Origin: Lentisphaerota bacterium
GTDB taxonomy: Bacteria; Verrucomicrobiota; Lentisphaeria; Oligosphaerales; JAFGRS01
Direction of reading: 5' to 3'
DNA: 33,540 nucleotides
NCBI GenBank assembly: GCA_012514865.1
Contig: JAAYZO010000535.1
Location: 1 to 33,540, forward strand
Both the position numbers and the translations under genes were made by a program. Within the stretch, counting starts at the first letter, position 1. Every line of letters begins with the position of its first letter. Shown here piece by piece: positions 32,301 through 33,540 of this stretch. The notes beneath the pieces are model-generated. The model ran no database searches. It was not told the DNA's origin and was given only the letters and a program-made list of their open reading frames with translations.

Positions 32301-33540
32301 TCCAGGTCGCGCCGCTGCGGTCGAAGCGGCCGCTGTACGGCACCGGGATGCCGGCCGGGCCGATCAGGGCCGAGGACAGGTCCAGGGAGCGGGCCGGGGT
32401 CAGGAGGTCGCCCTCCATGTGGGCCATGCTGTAGCGCGGGCTGGTCACGCGCCAGGTATCGGCGCCGACCTGCAGGACCTCGACGCCGTCAGTGACGCCG
32501 TCGTCATCGCTGTCGGGGTTGCTCGGGTCGGTGCCCAGGGCCATTTCCTCGGCGTTCTTGAGGCCGTCGTTGTCGCTGTCCTCATCGCCGTCGGAGATGC
32601 CGTTGTCGTCGGTATCCGCGTCATTCGGGTCGGTGCCGACGAGGAACTCATCCAGGTCGCTCAGGCCGTCGCCATCGCCGTCGGCGCTGCCGTTGTGGCT
32701 GAGATCGCCGAAGTGCATGATCTCCCAGGCGTCGTCCATGCCATCGCCATCGCTGTCGACCGGGCCGGGGGTCACGGGCGAGGTCAGGGCCGGCGTGCTG
32801 GCGTCGAGTTCCTGGAAGGCGGCGGTGCCGCTGAGGACCGCGGCGTGGGCCCAGCCGGTGAGCCAGTCGCGGGCGTAGGTGGAGACGAACTCCTCGGCGC
32901 GGCGGCTGCCGCTGAGGTCGCCGTCATCGAAGCGCAGGTAGCCGATCAGGCCGCTCTCGTCGCCGGCCAGGGTCGTGGTCATGGCGGCGGCGATCTCGGC
33001 GGCGGTGCGGGCGACGCCCCACAGGCGAACCTCGTCGATGGCGCCGGCAAAGCCGCTGCCGATGAGGACGCGCGGCGTCGTGGTGCCGCGGGTGGTGTTC
33101 GGGAGGGTCAGCACGGGGTGGGTGCTGTTGGCCTGGTCGGTGACGTCGGCGCCGTTGACGACGACGCGCAGGGCGCGTGTCGGCGGGTCGAAGACGGCCG
33201 CGACGTGGGTCCAGGTGGCGCCGTCGGCCGTGATGCTCCCCAGCGAGACAGCGGTGATGGTGGCGCTGGCGGTGTCGGTGAAGACGGCCTTGAGCTTGCC
33301 GCCGTCGAGGAAGAGGCGGTAGTTGCTGTTGCCGGCTTCGAAGGTGCGTTCGAGGATGGTGCCGGTGGTGACGCCGGCGTTCGGGCGGATCCAGGCCTCG
33401 AGGGTGAACTGGCTCAGGGCGAAGCGGTACGACGCGGGCAGCTCGACCATGCTGGTGGCGCTGCCGTCGACGATGACGGCGTGGTAGACGAGCGGGCTGA
33501 GGCTGCTGTCCGGGCGGGTGAGGCCGTTGACCTCAGCGAG
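16873..33540 (-). CDS. Giant LamG/TSP3-repeat surface protein, 5' portion (frame A, 5'-truncated by the window edge). Contains LamG modules 1-13, a choice-of-anchor-L-like domain and two galactose-binding-like jelly-rolls.
   Basis: The ORF track starts at ATG 33450, but the frame stays open to 33540. Those codons read LAEVNGLTRPDSSLSPLVYHAVIVDGSATS, which matches the recurrent inter-module linker, so the true start lies beyond the window. Real coding ends near 17245. The last ~125 codons down to 16873 (..DRRHLRRRRDHPRHGLHRRHRRG..) are Arg/Pro-rich out-of-frame read-through overlapping frame B. Confidence 0.9.
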   Translation of the reverse strand, partial: LAEVNGLTRPDSSLSPLVYHAVIVDGSATSMVELPASYRFALSQFTLEAWIRPNAGVTTGTILERTFEAGNSNYRLFLDGGKLKAVFTDTASATITAVSLGSITADGATWTHVAAVFDPPTRALRVVVNGADVTDQANSTHPVLTLPNTTRGTTTPRVLIGSGFAGAIDEVRLWGVARTAAEIAAAMTTTLAGDESGLIGYLRFDDGDLSGSRRAEEFVSTYARDWLTGWAHAAVLSGTAAFQELDASTPALTSPVTPGPVDSDGDGMDDAWEIMHFGDLSHNGSADGDGDGLSDLDEFLVGTDPNDADTDDNGISDGDEDSDNDGLKNAEEMALGTDPSNPDSDDDGVTDGVEVLQVGADTWRVTSPRYSMAHMEGDLLTPARSLDLSSALIGPAGIPVPYSGRFDRSGATWTMEAWVKPEADLDGVLAAYVVGARTAMEIGLSGGVPYARFESRTGTAVTAGGAAAGIPAFDAGVWRHVAATWDPQTSALTLVVDGILSFSQFTTLTPVAGVGQLYLASRGVADDATRLTAGHLDEVRVWSTARSLDQLELNRDRIVETGTAGLLANWRFDDGGTHVEDFTQAYPSATAADYALANLGGATVTTTAAPLLSTVRTADDRDNDGIANWYEDLFGVDIDERFDGLDSDGDGVADDLTGPWATPETNLTDTVDNDNDGFVNDDAAHPAGRPEVSVPGADVSAGDTDSDGLNGLYEYLCRTNPNKADTDNDGIADGDEDFDGDGLTNLQEQTLGSDPTLKDNDDDGISDADEALAGTDPTTALDPIVDRVLELTGGIDSLVLPLSSRFALANWTLEAWVKPTATGDGTLIERQVGADRYTFRLGLEDGVPYVQFTSVVDGSQQPQPGERMVLNGLAALPLSQWSHLAATFDDAGNQLRLFVNGVQVANQPVSGSCALVGTGPVLTRIGAGFVGQMDEVRIWNTALPGAGIAAGMYGNATVTDGRLVAYFRFDDGGAAEDGSAIDGLTTAEDFTQTNGWLNGWADAGRLLGSAAMVPAPLDAPVTAAGADSDADGIPDAWELLHFGNLTTAGLDAAGPDGYTDTDGDGLNDLYEYLADLDPNDADTDNDGLGDADEDEDNDGLSNLDEQTGGSHPRRQDSDDDGLADADEYFGNPPTSGRYSMSPAVARSLDLAALGTPGAGLTMPYASRFDFTHGWTVELWFQVGTDTDGSLVQATIPNGAGALVVFDLHLVGGKPALAITASPADGFSAHVLTSDVTATAGEWLHVAAAYDPVARLVRLIVDGTAVVELDLAAAGVDGLLSGRPSLVLGAGLADGLVDEVRVWGAPRTQAQLDLARHRLIDGTSEGLLAYYRFDDGGMAVEDFTHAYPSIYAEAYSLVAADYGVGSAAGQADWFAAGKDLRGFDDADGDGMPDAWEHAFGLDLTADDAGNDADGDGLSNLYEYLCGTRPDRERTDGTTLDAQLDSVDADGVINAHEQTYGTNPQRADSDDDGNSDYIEIYGGDDPAAFGTSIAELWPVSDPLNPNSAAVRRGAQFDGASRLLVPNQAKYALSTWSLELWVKPETAGQTASLLQRRVDTDKVNYQIGLKDGRAYVEFGTEDGLGVAPYRLESPTQLPMAEWTHLAATYDAESYALVLFVNGLVMDQYSFTAERPECPTYGPEVAVVSLGDAFHGAIDEVRLYGAVLEPWQVAAWMHTSVQSGQAYGATSSNTVTLTATTDAQALMNALLGGQVPAGISNLSAAFVGTPTATNAPTPTALYSQFPSVAGSKQLGDGVVMTSGDASRVVGPNNAPSFSATLEGATPMQDSQLAALAGMSTDSVHDAIALELTFTSDSSVPGLSFDMVFGSEEFPYYVGSAYNDAFGCFLDGVNISFDSLGNPLTVNNNFFQLDNSGDYYPGHPARVGKTVVTMNMQYNGFTPTLRTNWPLTPGQHTLRFAISDLGDTILDSGIFLSDLQFRMRGSQGTAQVIGGMVAHFRFDDGGDLAQDFAEEDLETAAFHSAIPTTLADSAQITETDGTYAPMLGDTDGDSIPDWWELAHNLDALAGSDGSQDLDGDGLTNLYEYLAGTLPRQRDSDGNGIQDGKEHGDDDDGNAIVGDGDLTNLEEQRIGTHPRLADTDDDGRLDARELLDRTNPADGNDRLEDPAVSVRYTPGVLVLDGSDDYAALPWQTRFDLAGSWTLEAWVKADAGFAGGSVIRHAIQHGPDQTVNYELAIAPNGSPYVRYVLLHHGQTYEWRSTEVPELARVTPAAGWVHLAGVYDEQAATLTIVVNGRYQWQTTVNDEPPATDLVGARLSRIGEGFSGRIDEVRIWNQARTVSDIAASMAVTQSGTEAGLVALYSFDDFGLTAQDATVARDWLTDWANAVRLHNGARMEVDTTSPSYRRDIDADSDGLPDWWELSYFDSLDTTDGSGDADVDGLNDLYEYYAGTSPILVDTDGDGAEDVAEDGDADGLNNQYEQLIGTHPGKRDTDDDGLIDYDEVTADTWVLADGSQGALVIQTGIAFADADLDGVWDPTEDIWQDIAGGTAGRYDADHDRRVHGGSDDWSSRDAVPGINPDAIGGVYFYDTNASGAWDSNENLWCEVNGNRRYDAGIDRQVQRRGSGPLDPLSPLIWRSLKFPAGDAAQVLTIPADERFDASRNSLRSDWTVECWFRLGDDAKNTGSLMRRHQRGVGSAFELGLRDGLPYARTRGLDGLDYEIVARHGLPLTVASGWVHLAAAWENSANSIRLYINGVFAGAVMVRADDIISGNGSDWTTELMGERDGMYLAGNLDEVRIWTLTLTRSRIRSQQELREWMTTALPQVGLGNDDPVNTPTAYYRFDDGHAASGDLPVGAQDFAYDTQVEWRTDWPHALTALGRRFPAESRPYFDSDVAVAMIGTGNTEFDPIPDGWQQLHFGAAAGGWYDLDFPYTGFDPEPEYWSGSSYIDAVTDQEIPARTFIGENPDARTFVTDFFLDTETVESAIFRFSYGGPVGGTGSYNRFWIWVNGERVGGPDTAVSLPHDYFGNLAAGAVDTLDLVNGIRTRLYAGRNRITVHFEHFDADTPVWPLEFWGEVFVNGVRMANEQGNVEWFQMQGLPPYQESADQVHNYRADGTPIRYFWTERFYGLAKWAYDQDPDGDGLDNWSEFLCNTNPLDDDTDGNGIPDGEEDGDGDGLMNGIERSVARYPGAMPNLLDTDDDGFDDGDEVKGSFNPVSSLIPSRPRHLRLTGQDVLTVPEVDDWFWNPNSYLDWTVEAWIKPDEGALNGVILRRAVGRYGKLPTGTDDEYPNESDQYYYATNYEIGLDAEGKPYVGFKTAQGTAWLLTANSPVIADGTTWTHIAGSFSDTERTLRLYVGGELERSLSGVTDAPPTNVKGRAGTTIGAGLPENGSVDYSGFKGGLDDVVLWRTVRTAAQIRASWSGGVSSAVTESFLTRAATNWVMLPHYSLGTERNGLVYAFLFDDGGQTYEDFARRMDWFTGWSHALNRNGTTLASDNAVSGERDSDGDGMPDLWEQENGTDPNVDDSLADPDGDGLSNLYEYYADTDPNEADSDHNGTDDYHDDTDGDTLTNGEEQELGTHPGLVDTDDDGVRDDAELFGSPDGSPDRPHYITSPLYSMAHFDTAVPVDSLGNYRLTPPRSLDLATVNDAVATGTNSGIALPDGDRTAALAQAWSLQAWVRLADDDTGAIISVQVRRRTAAEIGVKDGYPYSRFQAESNKPYTAGGVNVAPKLTPGRWYHIAGSYNAAQNSLSLYVDGVLEYKTIALERPVSGVGSMYVGGNGMAESAAGSATLTSGLVDEVRIRAAAMTLAQVRASRDSIVSGTGLLAYYRFDDGGMAIEDFTRPYGHPAHRDVLKYSLLAGSYGVTDADGDGHADWTVTTDAKTMKGIDDSDADGLPDWWEDVHSGEPALALDATSDLDQDGLSNLYEFYVGTNPYDTDTDNNGVTDGNEDFDRDGLANREEQTHGADPRLTDSDDDGYDDKAEVDAATSPVHPMSRPNFKPASLDLAALAAQTASRGLEIPHPERFAFGQTAWTLETWYRAAADVTTQTGSFLLYEGVNGQSFSFGLEDGAPVGRIFSGTADVVKVGGSAAVPAVPVGSWHHLAVVWAPADNSLRLYRDGILLIAQQTLAVPTIAAGNAWVGRDLTSGHLDEIRVWGEARTEQELNRWRDEIIPTYETIDTGSFSPQLALQELIPDADNPFASRTIYLYSDVLRLYYRFDDAGLLAEDFRAFRDEDYALAGATLTEDQAAPLSGVDDDDGDGLPEWWVSLHNLNNWRQMIWGAPFTDTRNDLNVDGQMTEGYFTPPGGWLAGNPGPHTAVPTGANLPSPLSSSGHMVRDFTVFSSIGTTTNYVEDLMTVLTKSIINYDSGMFMHLMKYIVLDRAPETAPFELLLPNGAVDQMTVNGVGVGLAGTGTVDIATYLRAGRNQIYLRLRDTGGGTSTYFVVPPSFWVYNPGGQAPVLQDRPWPVQAYTWPRASMKMDAALTVDGREVIVRGDHHKFDPRTVWHGRTSTTQQPWTDYSGHFPPHQDYGIANDPDFDGVTNLLEFMLGTNPMDRDSDNNGIADGDEDFDGDGLTNSREDLFGTDPVTKDTDDDGLEDGVEVTAGSDPTDGNSPTVMRGLALDGTAGSYAELPLQARFALTDWTIEAWIRPSALPAAGTTARIVERVVGTKAGQLNINYALHLLPDGKVEACYSDGRGTMVRATSLQPITADGLAWTHVAGVYNDTTRTLTLILDGAQARDRRSTTAPVRSGPGVAYTRIGEGFTGVIDDVRIWGSVRTADEVAATMTGLLVGDEAGLVAYYRFDDDGETAQDSLIANSGDWNRNWTNAAALRGTADVIDLGGASPVLWDVDSDADGMADWWEIHYFGDITVSDGTGDQDGDGLNDLYEYLADLDPTNPDSDDDGILDSAEDTDNDDLTNYEEQQYQTDPRNADTDDDGLKDGDEVTGLTSPRHSMSPAVARHFLVSQAGRTSGLSVPLLATERAQLMPEWTVETWFRADDPSSETGVLVRRSMGALTTFELGIAAGRPYVRYQTDRGTEKRLDADVALAPSTWTHLAATWDSRQRTLSLLLNGASQFRLEFRETDFDYAPASGVGSFTLAAFPSWSTSSVCLDEVRIWTTARTAAQIDRARWELVPASATGLFRCFRFDDGGMSIEDFAHPGWEQADTHAIPAALYGVGDTDADGTADWIGTDEALRLYGFDDSDADGMADWFEVFYRVDDPLADPDNDGLNNLYEFLCGTHPDQLDDCDDCAGDFREDSDGDGLINGLEQRFGTDPRLADSDADGFTDAEEVFGEQMYPGLGLPRQAAVDAYASDPLNPLSNVYPPQRQHLDFASAGAGVIIPDQAKYAAASWTVQAWVLPEAAGHVIQRRTAVQAINYDLGLEADGALRPYARLVMANGREFKVGGAGLAGLAVTAGEWTHLAATFDQNTRTLRLYIDGMPVAERIDLTGEFACACDANGDLDRRHLRRRRDHPRHGLHRRHRRGPHLQRRPAGAADLPRLPHRRQRCRRPGHRLWPGPQQRLSGRRRRGPGPGSRARTAPRQAPAGHQRPAARRPARRPRRHRPVAHRGPGYRPRRGPGRHGPA
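20120..20660 (-). other. Galactose-binding-like jelly-roll insert (copy b)
   Basis: ..MHLMKYIVLDRAPETAPFELLLPNGAVDQMTVNGVGVGLAGTGTVDIATYLRAGRNQIYLRLRD...TVDGREVIVRGDHHKFDPRTVWHG. Clear paralog of copy c. Confidence 0.45.
24365..24795 (-). other. Galactose-binding-like jelly-roll insert (copy a)
   Basis: ..AIFRFSYGG...FWIWVNGERVGG...LDLVNGIRTRLYAGRNRITVHFEH..EVFVNGVRM. This resembles the ..vNG..vG...D(i/l)T..L..G.N.i.v. pattern of sugar-binding jelly-rolls. Assigned by motif only. Confidence 0.4.
27733..28475 (-). other. Choice-of-anchor-L-like domain embedded between LamG modules 5 and 6
   Basis: About 248 aa from NTVTLTATTDAQALMNALLGG to GIFLSDLQF. It contains LELTFTSDSSVPGLSFDMVFGSEEFPYYVGSAYNDAFGCFLDGVNISF, then MQYNGFTPTL, then GQHTLRFAISDLGDTILDSGIFLSDLQF. 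This matches my memory of the choice-of-anchor L signature (F.F.SEEY.., NDvFaFFLdG.NIa, yDGfT, l.iAIaD.gD...DSgvFi). Confidence 0.65.

Larger units (their letters stand above)
6480..33540 (-). repeat. Intragenic array of 20 diverged LamG (Laminin_G_3 / concanavalin-A-like) modules alternating with DxDxDG calcium-loop linkers
   Basis: Each module shows RFA(L/F)..WT.EAWV.P ... NYELGL ... WTH(L/V)AA.YD.....L.LY.(D/N)G ... G(F).G.IDEVR(I/V)W...RT..(Q/E)I. The D(E/D)(V/I)(R) codons lie at 33025, 31921, 30730, 29641, 28567, 26674, 25273, 23440, 22249, 21187, 19324, 18289, 17172, 14763, 13503, 11844, 10704, 9501, 8343 and 6507 (12 nt each). Six of these are the identical 12-mer gcggacctcgtc on the plus strand. 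Linkers carry motifs such as DTDGDGLSDLYEY, DSDGDGMPDWWE and DADGDGLTNLEEQ. Confidence 0.85.

Noticed and set aside
3307-33322. Dozens of 60-350-aa alternative-frame ORFs nested inside the giant gene on both strands.
   Set aside because: All are Pro/Arg/Ser/Thr/Ala-rich off-frame products of the GC-rich repeat sequence and are fully overlapped by the domain-bearing frame. There is no independent coding evidence for any of them.
2766-33540. RTX/hemolysin-type calcium-binding repeats and a T1SS substrate interpretation for the Asp-rich repeats.
   Set aside because: The loops are DxDxDGxxDxxE / TSP3-like, not GGxGxDxUx nonapeptides. No C-terminal RTX block or T1SS-like secretion signal is recognisable. 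A T1SS or other export route cannot be assessed without the gene neighbourhood.
2766-33540. CRISPR array, DNA tandem-repeat array or mobile element as the source of the strong periodicity.
   Set aside because: The periodicity is at the protein-module level (about 1.1 kb) with diverged DNA, about 80% identity at best by eye. There are no short identical repeats with unique spacers. I saw no transposase or integrase motifs and no terminal inverted repeats.

Overview
Strongly GC-rich bacterial DNA (roughly 70% by eye, heavy G/C at codon position 3). All convincing genes are on the minus strand. About 92% of the window (2766-33540) is one giant modular gene that runs off the right edge, so its N-terminus is not in the window. 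It has about 10,250 in-window codons. These form 20 LamG/concanavalin-like jelly-roll modules (period 1.05-1.2 kb) separated by Asp-rich DxDxDG calcium-loop linkers (thrombospondin type 3 / EF-hand-like). Every longer gap between modules holds an accessory domain: a choice-of-anchor-L-like domain, three galactose-binding-like jelly-rolls, paired D/N-loop units, an internal I9 propeptide plus S8 subtilase with an intact Asp/His/Ser triad, and a dense TSP3 run. The gene ends in a non-repetitive C-terminal region with Ig-like repeats, a PPC domain and an unassigned GWN...GYW terminal module. The reading frame breaks once (+1) at about 17241-17250, inside LamG module 13. This is why the ORF track shows two overlapping ORFs (16873-33450 and 2766-17318). 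Downstream on the same strand lie a strong hairpin terminator, a 470-bp repeat-rich intergenic region and a divergent EF-G family GTPase (227-2293). A possible 3' end of a convergent plus-strand CDS touches the left edge. I saw no RNA genes, CRISPR arrays or mobile elements. The huge plus-strand ORFs are antisense shadows. Domain calls come from motif recognition by eye, and domain boundaries are approximate (about +/-30 nt).
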